64,000 nucleotides of DNA from an uncultured Actinomycetes bacterium (GTDB lineage Bacteria; Actinomycetota; Thermoleophilia; UBA2241): positions 1-64,000 of the forward strand of contig CAVPVX010000006.1 in NCBI GenBank assembly GCA_963709345.1, given 5' to 3'. The position numbers and the translations under genes were made by a program. Shown here piece by piece: positions 50,715-59,173 of this stretch (position 1 is its first letter; each line of letters begins with the position of its first letter). The notes under the pieces were generated by a model. That model did no database searches and was not told the origin of the DNA. It was given only the letters and a program-made list of their open reading frames with translations.

Positions 50715-51355
50715 GGCGTCGCTTTGACCAGCGTGGCCGTGGTGTCCGCCTCCTGCCCGGAGACGCTCGTCCCCTCGATCCGCATCTCGAGGTGCGTCGC
50801 GTCGATGCTCGAGAACACGATCGAGAAGTCGCCGGCGAGCGCCTTCAGCGCGTCCTTGAAGCGCTCGGCGTTGCCCTCGCCGGCCATGGTGGCGAAGTCG
50901 TCGACCGTGATCACCAGTTCGTCTCCGTCGATGTGGGCGGGGACGGTCGCCTTCTGCTCGGGCTGAGAGCCCGTCAGCGTGACGCTGAACGTGTCCCCGG
51001 GGCGCGTCACGAGGACGGTGCCGATGCCGCTGCCGGTGGCGCTCCAGGCGCCGAGAAACTCGTCACCGCTCGTCGAGGGGCCGCCACGGAGGACGAAGAA
51101 CCACACCGCGACGATGGCGACGACGGCGATGATGGCGCCGATGACGACGAGGCGGACGGCGCCCGATGAGCCGGAGGACGAGGACGCGGCGGTCGCCGGC
51201 TGCGGCCGGTACTCCGGCGCGAGGTCGTAGGAGCCGGGCGGAGCGCCTGCGCCGCCGCCCCCGCCTTGCGTCGCGCCGGCGACGGGCGCGCCGCAGCGGC
51301 CGCACGTCCAATCGCCCTGCTTGAGCGCGGCGCCGCAGCTCGGGCAGTCGCTCAT
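50711..51355 (-). CDS. Zinc-ribbon, TM and G-x-W extracellular domain protein
   Basis: CPSC...CGRC N-terminus; DEFLGAWS domain similar to 46962-47957. Confidence 0.7.
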   Translation of the reverse strand: MSDCPSCGAALKQGDWTCGRCGAPVAGATQGGGGGAGAPPGSYDLAPEYRPQPATAASSSSGSSGAVRLVVIGAIIAVVAIVAVWFFVLRGGPSTSGDEFLGAWSATGSGIGTVLVTRPGDTFSVTLTGSQPEQKATVPAHIDGDELVITVDDFATMAGEGNAERFKDALKALAGDFSIVFSSIDATHLEMRIEGTSVSGQEADTTATLVKATP

Positions 51356-51365
51356 CGTCTTCTCC

Positions 51366-52667
51366 TCAGAACTCGAGCTTGTCCAGCCGGGCGAAGATCA
51401 CGTCGCGCCCCGCCGTGTACTGATCCGGATCCATCGCGGCTTCCACGTCTGCGGAGCTCATGACCGCCATCGCCTCGTCGTTCTGCTTGATGAGCATGCC
51501 GAAGTCGACGCCCTCACGCCAGGCGTGCATGGCAGAGTCCTGGACGACGCGGTAGGCGTCGTCGCGCTGCATGCCCTTGTCCACCAAAGCCAGCAGGACC
51601 GCCCCGCTGAACACGAGGCGGTAGCTCTGGCTCAGGTTCGCCAGCATTCGCTCCTCGTCCACGACGAGGCCGACGACGAGCTTCGTGAAGTTCTGCAGCA
51701 TGTAGTCGAGGAGGATGCAGCTGTCGGGCAGCACGATGCGCTCGGCGGAGCTGTGGCTGATGTCGCGCTCGTGCCACAGCGCCATGTTCTCCATGCCGAC
51801 GACGGCGTTGCCGCGAAGCACGCGGGCGCAGCCGGCCATGCGCTCGCTGAGGATCGGGTTGCGCTTGTGGGGCATCGCCGACGAGCCCTTCTGTCCCTTC
51901 CCGAACGCCTCCTCGGCCTCACGGACCTCGCTGCGCTGCAGGTGGCGCACCTCGGTCGCGAACTTCTCGACGCTCGAGCCGATGATCGCCACGGCGCTGA
52001 GGAAGGCGGCGTGCCGGTCGCGTTGTACCACCTGGTTGCTGATCGGCTCGCGGCCGAGCCCGAGCTCCTCGCAGACCAGATCCTCGACCCGAGGGTCGAT
52101 GTTGTTGTAGGCGCCCACGGCTCCGCTGATCTTGCCGACCGCGGCGTTCACGGTGACCATGCGCATGCGCTTGAGGTTGCGGCTGACCTCGAAGGCCCAC
52201 ATGCCGAGCTTCATGCCGAAGGTGATGGGCTCGGCGTGGACGCCGTGGGTGCGCCCCACCTGCACCGTGTCGCGGAACTCGAAGGCGCGCCGCTTGAGCG
52301 TCTCGCCCAGCGTGACGAGGTCGCGCTCGAGGAGCAGGCCGGCGCGCTTGATCTGCAGCGCCAGCGCGGTGTCGAGCATGTCGCTGCTGGTCATGCCGTA
52401 GTGGACGTACTTGCTCGCGTCGCCGACGTGTTCGGCGACGTTGGTGAGAAAGGCGATGACGTCGTGGTTCGTCGTCGCCTCGATCTCGGCGACGCGCGCG
52501 ACATCGAAGGCGGCCTTCGCCTCGATCTCCCGAACGGCCTCGGCGGGTACCTTGCCGAGCTTGTGCCAGGCCTTGACGGCGGCGATCTCGACATCGAGCC
52601 AGGCCTGCATCTTGGCTTCTTCGGTCCAGATGGCGTCCATCTCTGGGAGCGTGTAGCGGTCGATCAT
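51366..52667 (-). CDS. purB: Adenylosuccinate lyase
   Basis: MIDRY, HDV.AF, GRTHG.HAEP and GSSAMPHKRNP. Confidence 0.96.
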   Translation of the reverse strand: MIDRYTLPEMDAIWTEEAKMQAWLDVEIAAVKAWHKLGKVPAEAVREIEAKAAFDVARVAEIEATTNHDVIAFLTNVAEHVGDASKYVHYGMTSSDMLDTALALQIKRAGLLLERDLVTLGETLKRRAFEFRDTVQVGRTHGVHAEPITFGMKLGMWAFEVSRNLKRMRMVTVNAAVGKISGAVGAYNNIDPRVEDLVCEELGLGREPISNQVVQRDRHAAFLSAVAIIGSSVEKFATEVRHLQRSEVREAEEAFGKGQKGSSAMPHKRNPILSERMAGCARVLRGNAVVGMENMALWHERDISHSSAERIVLPDSCILLDYMLQNFTKLVVGLVVDEERMLANLSQSYRLVFSGAVLLALVDKGMQRDDAYRVVQDSAMHAWREGVDFGMLIKQNDEAMAVMSSADVEAAMDPDQYTAGRDVIFARLDKLEF

Positions 52668-52697
52668 CGAGGGCCCTCCGCCGGACGAGGTCGGGTC

Positions 52698-52725
52698 GGG
52701 CCGGGTCGGCGCGCCGACCCGGCCC
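52698..52725. repeat. Perfect 28-bp palindrome upstream of purB
   Basis: GGGCCGGGTCGGCG|CGCCGACCCGGCCC. Confidence 0.7.
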
Positions 52726-52845
52726 CTCTGTGCACCGGCGATTCTCTCACACCGCCTCGACACTGTGGCCGGACGTCCCGTCCGCCTGTACAGTACGAGC
52801 CTGGCGGATGAGAGCCGGTCCGTCGTCAGGTGAAAGGAGCTCAGC

Positions 52846-53223
52846 GTGAGGAGAGACGTGTGGCCGGCGGTGTTCGCCTTGCTCGTCGGCGCCGGCATGG
52901 TGGCGCAGTGGACGCTTTCGCTGGTGGGTGGTGGTGTCGCGGAGGTCGAGACCCGGCCCGTCGAACTCGGCTTTCATCTCGCCGCCGAGGGCACGACGGC
53001 CCTGCTGCTCGTCGTCGCGGGGCTGGGGCTCCTGCGTCGTGCCGGTTGGGCGTGGTGGCTGTACTGCGTCGCTACCGGGATGCTGCTGTACACGGCCATC
53101 GTGAGTCCGGGGTACTTCGTCCAGGAGGGCCAGCCGGCGTATCTGGCGCTCTTCGTGGTGATCCTGGCGCTGGCGCTGGTGTTTCTCGCACTGGTGGTGC
53201 GGTCGCGAAGGCCCTCGGGTTGA
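52846..53223 (+). CDS. Small four-helix membrane protein
   Basis: AAGGAG RBS; FHL.AE and SPGY. motifs between hydrophobic helices. Confidence 0.7.
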   Translation: MRRDVWPAVFALLVGAGMVAQWTLSLVGGGVAEVETRPVELGFHLAAEGTTALLLVVAGLGLLRRAGWAWWLYCVATGMLLYTAIVSPGYFVQEGQPAYLALFVVILALALVFLALVVRSRRPSG

Positions 53224-53311
53224 GGGAGAGACCCGCTCCAGGCGTCACCTCAGCTGCCGGGCGTTCGGATACAATCGCACCGGGCTCACCGGCGACCGCG
53301 AGGAGGATGGC

Positions 53312-53584
53312 ATGGCAACCGACGAGGAGCATCGCGAACAGGCGATCAAGACCATCAAGAAGAAGCGTGACTTCTGGGGGCACGTCGTCGCCTACTGCAT
53401 CGTCAACGCCTTCCTCGTTCTCCTCTGGTACCTGACCGGGCACGGGTACTTCTGGCCGATATGGGTCATCGCCGGCTGGGGCATCGGAGTCGCCTTCAAC
53501 GCCTGGGATGCCTACGGTCGCGAGGGCCGCGTGATCAGCGAAGAGGAGATCCAGCGCGAGATCGACCGGCAGAAGCGCGGCTGA
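53312..53584 (+). CDS. 2TM-domain small membrane protein
   Basis: F..H...Y..VN..L, YFWP.W...GWG.G and I..E pattern. Confidence 0.8.
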   Translation: MATDEEHREQAIKTIKKKRDFWGHVVAYCIVNAFLVLLWYLTGHGYFWPIWVIAGWGIGVAFNAWDAYGREGRVISEEEIQREIDRQKRG

Positions 53585-53587
53585 GCA

Positions 53588-54066
53588 CTACTCTCCGGTC
53601 GCCGTGCCGCCGTCGGAGAGGTGGCCGACGAGGGTGAAGTCGGCGCCGTCGCCGTCGGCGACCGCCGCGTCGGCGCACGCCGTCTCGTCGACACGCTCGA
53701 GCCCTGTCACTCGCTCCTCCGTCAGAGCGGGGCCTCGAGGTCGAGCGTCAGCCCGTCCGCTCCGTCCGGCGCGAAGCGCATGGTCGCGGCGTGGGTCTCG
53801 ATCACCAGGTCTTCACCGTCGAGGACGGCGCCGCCGAGCGGCGTGTCGGGGTTGGCCCGTGCCGTGTACACGCCTCCGTCCTCGCTGATGTGGACGTGCG
53901 CCTCCGGCGTCGCGTCTCCGTCGGTCCAGTAGCCGGCCAGCGGGTCCGCGGCGTCGCCTCAGCCGCCGAGCGCCGCCGCGCCGAGTACGGCGGCGCCGAC
54001 CAGGAACCCGAGCGCCAGGAGGACGGCAAAGGCAGAGCGTCGCCCACGCCGGCGTCGCTCAGCCAC
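53588..54066 (-). pseudogene. Decayed lipoprotein of the G-x-W / pilin-head-like family
   Basis: MAERRRRGRRSAFAVLL...AALGG-[TGA 53959-53961]-GDAADPLAGYW; frameshift near 53724; ends DFTLVGHLSDGGTATGE, like 40603-40986. Confidence 0.65.
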
Positions 54067-54439
54067 GATGCGCTACCGCCTCGATCTCGACGTGCATGTC
54101 CTTGGGGAGGCGCGCGACCTCGACCGTCGATCGCGCCGGGTAGGGCTGGCTGAAGAACTCCCCGTACACCTCGTTCACGGCGCCGAACTCATCCATATTC
54201 CTGAGGAAGATGGTCGTCTTGACGACGTCGTTGAGGGTGAGGCCGGCGGCGGCGAGGGTCGCACGGAGGTTCTCCAGCGCTTTGCGCGCCTGGTCCTTGG
54301 GTGTGTACCCGCAGATCTTGCCATCGGTGTCCAAGGCGAGGTGCCCGGAGAGGAAGACGAACTCGCCGGCCCCGACGGCCGGAGAGTACGGCCCCACTGC
54401 AGGGGCGCCGTCCGGCGCTGCGAACACTTGCTTCTCCAT
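54059..54439 (-). CDS. RidA family enamine deaminase
   Basis: GPYS, SG, N.VY, PARS.V and EIEA. Confidence 0.92.
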   Translation of the reverse strand: MEKQVFAAPDGAPAVGPYSPAVGAGEFVFLSGHLALDTDGKICGYTPKDQARKALENLRATLAAAGLTLNDVVKTTIFLRNMDEFGAVNEVYGEFFSQPYPARSTVEVARLPKDMHVEIEAVAHRG

Positions 54440-54467
54440 GATGAGGCTTCCTTCCCGGCCGCTCGGC

Positions 54468-54584
54468 TCAGCTGAAGAGCGAGCGAACGGCCACGTAGGC
54501 GAGGATTATCGCGATGGCGAGCACCGCAAGGTAGATGAACGCCGATATCGTCCTGGGGCTCGGCGGCCTGTGATCCTTGGGCAC
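54468..54584 (-). CDS. 38-aa single-TM small protein (below the ORF-track cutoff)
   Basis: GAGAGG RBS plus GTG: MPKDHRPPSPRTISAFIYLAVLAIAIILAYVAVRSLFS*, filling the gap between two Rid genes. Confidence 0.6.
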   Translation of the reverse strand: MPKDHRPPSPRTISAFIYLAVLAIAIILAYVAVRSLFS

Positions 54585-54592
54585 GTGGCCTC

Positions 54593-54973
54593 TCAGTAGC
54601 GTTGCGCGACGGCAGCGATCTGGAGTCGTGACTCGCCGGGCAACCATGGTACACCGGTGACGCTGCGCGCGGGATACGGCGCGGTGAACCGTGCGGCCAG
54701 CGCCGCGTCGACGGCGGTCTGGTCCTCGGGGTCCACCAGGTGCACCTCGAGGCTCACGACGTCGTCGACCGAGAGGCCTGTCGAGCGCAGCTGATGGGCG
54801 AGGTTGTCCAAGGCGCGGCCGACCTGGTCGGCGGCCGAGCCGCCCACCGGCTCGCCGCGTTCGTCGAGCGGCAGTTGCGCCGAGATGAAGACGAGGCGCC
54901 CGGCCGAGACGCCGGCAGAGGCCGGACCGGCGGGGCTAGGCGCCCGGGTCGATGCTACGGGATGTCGTGCCAT
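54593..54973 (-). CDS. Rid family protein, divergent paralog
   Basis: FISAQLP, DVV and PYPARS; lacks the GPYS Tyr and the C-terminal Glu. Confidence 0.8.
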   Translation of the reverse strand: MARHPVASTRAPSPAGPASAGVSAGRLVFISAQLPLDERGEPVGGSAADQVGRALDNLAHQLRSTGLSVDDVVSLEVHLVDPEDQTAVDAALAARFTAPYPARSVTGVPWLPGESRLQIAAVAQRY

Positions 54974-55018
54974 ACCCGTAGTGTTCCCCGCGGCGGGCCG
55001 GACCGACCTCGAGCGTGG

Positions 55019-55468
55019 CTAGACGTCGAGGATCTTCGCCGCCAGGATCGCCGCGTTGCGGGCGCCGTTGATGGCGACGCACGCGACGGGGACGCCGGGA
55101 GGCATCTGCACGATACTGAGCAGCGAGTCGAGTCCCCCGAGATCGCTGGTCTTGATCGGCACACCGATCACCGGCAGGTTCGTGTAGGCCGCGAGGACGC
55201 CGGGCAGGGCTGCCGCCTTGCCGGCGCCGCCGATCAGCACCTTGAGCCCGCGACTCTGCGCCGTGCGCGCGTAGTGCGAGACCTTGTCCGGGTCGCGGTG
55301 CGCCGACAGCACGTTGATCTCGTACTTGATCTTGCGCTCGTCGAGCTCGGCGCACGCTTTCTCCATGACCTCTCGGTCGCTCTCGCTGCCCATCACGATG
55401 CCGACGAGCACGGGCTCCATCTCGATTCCCTGGAGGAGGGTCTCGACCTCAGTCCGGGTCTCTTCCAC
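55019..55468 (-). CDS. purE: AIR carboxylase/N5-CAIR mutase, short form
   Basis: VMGSESD, SAHR, LPVIGVP, GLDSLLSIVQMP.GVPVA and NAA. Confidence 0.93.
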   Translation of the reverse strand: MEETRTEVETLLQGIEMEPVLVGIVMGSESDREVMEKACAELDERKIKYEINVLSAHRDPDKVSHYARTAQSRGLKVLIGGAGKAAALPGVLAAYTNLPVIGVPIKTSDLGGLDSLLSIVQMPPGVPVACVAINGARNAAILAAKILDV

Positions 55469-55521
55469 GTCATGTCTCCTTTGCCGGCGGCGCGGCGGCG
55501 CAGCGCGCCCGCGCCGCTCAC

Positions 55522-56001
55522 TCAGTCGTCCAGCGTGATCGCGTCGGTCTTCCGGAAGCCCCACGCGCTGTCCTGGTCCTCGAAGGACAGGTCCGCGAGG
55601 CCCTCGCCGGTGAATGTCAGGGTCGTTGGCGTCGGCATGTCCTCGCTGATCGGGATCGCGAAGCTCAGTGTCTTGCCGTCGACGGTGGCGGGCAGCGCGT
55701 CGCTGCGCTCCCCGCTCTTGCCGACGAGGGTCACCGTGAGCCCGGCGTCGCCTGCGGCCACCTCGAGGCCGCCGCCGCTGCCCCCGGACGAGATGGAGTA
55801 CGAACGCCCGTCCTCCCCCCAGGTGATGTCGAAGGAGGCGTCGGCCGGCTCCCAGATCCCGGCGAAGGGACTCTCGGCGGCGTCCTCCGTCGAGGAGGAC
55901 GAGTCTCCTCCGCAACCCGCAAGGGCGGCGGCGAGGGCGAGGCAGAGCACCAGCACGCACAGGACGGGCAGAGGCAGGCGGCGTGCGGAGCGAGGCTGCA
56001 T
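55522..56001 (-). CDS. Lipoprotein with a G-x-W extracellular domain
   Basis: AAGGAG RBS, lipobox LAGC, SPFAGIWE...PATVDGKTL. Confidence 0.72.
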   Translation of the reverse strand: MQPRSARRLPLPVLCVLVLCLALAAALAGCGGDSSSSTEDAAESPFAGIWEPADASFDITWGEDGRSYSISSGGSGGGLEVAAGDAGLTVTLVGKSGERSDALPATVDGKTLSFAIPISEDMPTPTTLTFTGEGLADLSFEDQDSAWGFRKTDAITLDD

Positions 56002-56011
56002 GTGGATCTCC

Positions 56012-57331
56012 TTACGTGAGGTCAAGGCTCGTGGGGAACAGTTCGATCTCGCCGGCCCGTGCCCTGACGGCGCGCTCGGCGATGTCGGGGCGCGTCTGCT
56101 GGCCCTCGAAACGGATCTTCGCAACGCCGTCGTAGGCGCGCTCTCGCGCGGCGGCAAAGCCGTCGCCGAGCGCGCTCACCGCGAGGACTCGCCCGCCGGC
56201 GGTCACGACGTCACCGTCCCGCAGCGCCGTGCCGGCGTGGTACACACTGACGTCATCGAGGGCTGCGGCGTCCGCAAGGCCGCTGATGACGTCGCCCCTG
56301 TGGCTGCTCGCCGGGTAGCCGGCCGAGGCCATGACGACGGTGACGCAGTCCTGGGGCTTCCAGATCGCCTTGGCGCCGGCGAGCTCTCCGTTCGCCGCCG
56401 CGGCGCACAGCTCGAGCAGGTCGGAGTCGAGGCGGGGGAGCACGGCCTGCGTCTCGGGGTCGCCGAAGCGGCAGTTGAACTCGAGCACTTTGACGCCGTC
56501 GTCGGTGACGATCAGACCGGCATAGAGCACGCCCCGGTAGGTGATGGCGCGCTTGCGGAGCGCGGCCACGACCGGCTCCACGACATGTTCCATCGCGGCG
56601 TCGATGGCCTTCTGCTCGAATCCGGGCACGGGACAGTAGCTGCCCATGCCGCCGGTGTTCGGGCCCTGGTCGCCGGCGTAGATACGCTTATAGTCCTGCG
56701 CGGGCGCCAGAGGCACGGCGTCCGTGCCGTCGCAGAGCACGAGCAGCGAGACCTCGGAGCCGGTCAGGTGCTCCTCGGTGATGAGCACGTCGCCGGCGGC
56801 GCCGAACTCGCGCGTGACGAAGCAGCTCTCGACCGCCGCCCGCGCCTCGTCCTTGTCTCGGCAGATGAGCACGCCCTTGCCGGCGGCAAGGCCGTCGGCC
56901 TTGATGACCAGCGGGTAGTCCTCGCGAGTCTCGATGTCGACGAGCGCCGACTCGAGGCGCTCGTGGCGGCGGTAGGCGCCGGTGGCGACGCCGCCGTCGA
57001 GCATGACCTCCTTGGCGAAGATCTTGCTGCCCTCGAGCTGCGCTGCGGCCCGGTTCGGGCCGAAGACGGCGAGGCCGTGCTCCTCGAAGAGGTCGGTGAG
57101 CCCGGCGACGAGAGGCGCCTCGGGGCCGATGACGGTGAGGTCGACCTGCTCCCGGCTGGCGAAGTCGAGCAGCGCGGGCAGGTCGTCGGCGGCGATCGGG
57201 ATGTTGTCGGCTTCGGTGGCCGTGCCGGCGTTGCCGGGGGCGCAGAAGACCCGGTCGGCGAGCGGGGATCGGGCGAAGGAATGGACGAGGGCGTGCTCCC
57301 GGCCGCCGCCGCCTACCACGAGCACTCGCAT
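56012..57331 (-). CDS. purD: Phosphoribosylamine--glycine ligase
   Basis: GGGGREHA, GPEAPL, KADGLAAGKGV, NTGGMG, EFNCRFGDPE and GGRVL. Confidence 0.96.
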   Translation of the reverse strand: MRVLVVGGGGREHALVHSFARSPLADRVFCAPGNAGTATEADNIPIAADDLPALLDFASREQVDLTVIGPEAPLVAGLTDLFEEHGLAVFGPNRAAAQLEGSKIFAKEVMLDGGVATGAYRRHERLESALVDIETREDYPLVIKADGLAAGKGVLICRDKDEARAAVESCFVTREFGAAGDVLITEEHLTGSEVSLLVLCDGTDAVPLAPAQDYKRIYAGDQGPNTGGMGSYCPVPGFEQKAIDAAMEHVVEPVVAALRKRAITYRGVLYAGLIVTDDGVKVLEFNCRFGDPETQAVLPRLDSDLLELCAAAANGELAGAKAIWKPQDCVTVVMASAGYPASSHRGDVISGLADAAALDDVSVYHAGTALRDGDVVTAGGRVLAVSALGDGFAAARERAYDGVAKIRFEGQQTRPDIAERAVRARAGEIELFPTSLDLT

Positions 57332-57552
57332 GTGACCTCCGATGGGTGATCCGCCGTGAAGCCGGGCGGCGCTGCCGCCGGCCCGCCCTGACGACCGCAA
57401 GTCTACCCGTGCGGCGGCGGGGGCGGAAGGGCGAGGGCGGCGGGCGGTGCGAGTGGTACCAGTGCTTGACCGCCCATCGCGACACGAGAGAAGGTGGCGG
57501 CAGCACACACCGCGCTCGCGCGGGTGGTAGCCGTCAGAGGAGGAGGGCGCGT

Positions 57553-59173
57553 ATGCGGTCACCGAGGACTGCGTCGAGTGCGGCGCCGCGGGCGCGCGGG
57601 GCGAGCGCGACCGCGCGGGCGCTCGCGGTGACCGTCGCCGCCGGTCTCGCCGTGGCGATCGCCGGTCTCGTCGCGCCCCCTGTGGCCGCGGCCGGCGACG
57701 CGTCGTTCTCGGCCCAGATCCGCGCGGCCGAGGCGCGCGCCCGTGGTCATCTCGCCGCAACCGAGCGCGGCACGAGGGCACGACGCTTCGCCTACTACAC
57801 GGTCGGGAACGCGTGGAAGTATACGGGGCCGGCCGGCTGGGCCGCCGGCTACGTTCCCGGGGGGCTCTGGTCGTGCTACCAGGCGACCGGCAGGCCCTGG
57901 TGGCGCGACAAAGCCATCGCCCGTCAGGCGTCCATCGAAGCGACGGCGATCACTCCTGCCTCTCTGAATGTCGGGGCGCTCCACTTCCCCACCTGCGCAC
58001 GTGCGTACAAGCTCACCGGCGACGACCGTTTTCGCGCCAAGGGCGTACCGAGCGGCCAGGAGCGTGGCGCAGCGCTTCGACCCGGAGGTGGGGGCGATGC
58101 TCTCGCGGCCGAAGGGCGATTTCAACGTGATCATCGACAGCCTGATGAAGCCGCAGCTGCTGTGGTGGGCCGCCGCGAACGGCGGGCCTCCCGCCCTCGC
58201 CGAGAAGGCGCGGCGACACGCCCTGACCACAGCCCGCGACTTCGTGCGGCCGGACGGCAGCACCTATCACATCGTCTACTACGACGCTGAGACCGGCGCC
58301 GTGCTCCGGCGGGGTCAGGCATCCGGATACGACGACGAGTCGACCTGGGCTCGTGGCCAGGCGTGGGCGATCCTCGGGTTCGCCGCGGCGTACCGGGAGA
58401 CCGGGGATCCGGAGTTCCTCAGCGCGGCGCGCGCCGTGTCGGATTGGTACCTCGCTCATCTGCCGGCCGATCTGGTGCCCTACTGGGATTTCGGCGACCC
58501 CGCGATACCGGATGCGCCGCGCGATTCGTCGGCCGCGGCCATCGCCGCATCCGGGCTCGTCGACCTCGCGCTCGTCGATCCGGACTCCGAGCGCCGGAGT
58601 GGGTACGCGGCCGCGGCGAAGGCGATCCTCGAATCACTGATGTCACCGGCTTACGTCTCTCGTCGCACCTCCCCCTCGGTGCTGCTCCACGGCACCTACC
58701 TCCGGAGCGCCGGGATCACCGATCGCGGTCTGGCGTTCGGCGACGCATTCTTTCTGGAGGCGCTCCTGCGCTTGCGGCGGCTGGCGCCCGATGCCGGGCC
58801 GCTGCCGCTCGTCAGAGCCCGCGCGAGCAGGGGGGATGCCGCAGCAGCCGTCGACGGCGATCTCTCGACGAGATGGGCCAGCCGCGGCCGTCAGGCGCTC
58901 GACCTTCGCCTGAGGGGAGCGCCGAAGGTCGGCGCTGTCCGCGTCGCGCTCTATCGCGGCTGCGACCGCGCCGCCGTCCTGCGCATCCTCGTCTCGCCGG
59001 ACGGCCGGCACTGGCGTCTTGCCCGCCGGACGATGACGAGCGGGGAGGCCGCGGGCTACGAGACGCTGACCTTCGCTGCGCGGGCCGCTCGCTGGGTCCG
59101 GATCGAGTGCTCGGGCACGACGCGCGACTCACTCAACCGCATCTGCGAGGTAGAGGTCTACCCGGCGCTCTGA
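57553..59173 (+). CDS. Secreted GH88 unsaturated glucuronyl hydrolase-like protein with a C-terminal F5/8 (CBM32-like) domain; apparent +1 frameshift near 58041
   Basis: W..G..PG.LW, IIDS.M, R.DGST.H, WARGQAW, YWDF and DSSA; C-terminal DGD..TRW. Confidence 0.85.

Noticed and set aside
53959-53961. Selenocysteine at a lipobox position
   Set aside because: I know of no precedent, the downstream hairpin is weak, and the gene has further lesions. A TGC to TGA nonsense change is simpler.
54973-55021. purE TAG is in frame with the downstream Rid gene through a 15-codon open spacer
   Set aside because: The spacer does not resemble a PurE C-terminus, and chance in-frame arrangement is likely in high-GC DNA.
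57332-57552. ZTP or purine riboswitch upstream of purD (also checked at purS and purB)
   Set aside because: Conserved riboswitch sequence elements were not found, only generic GC hairpins.
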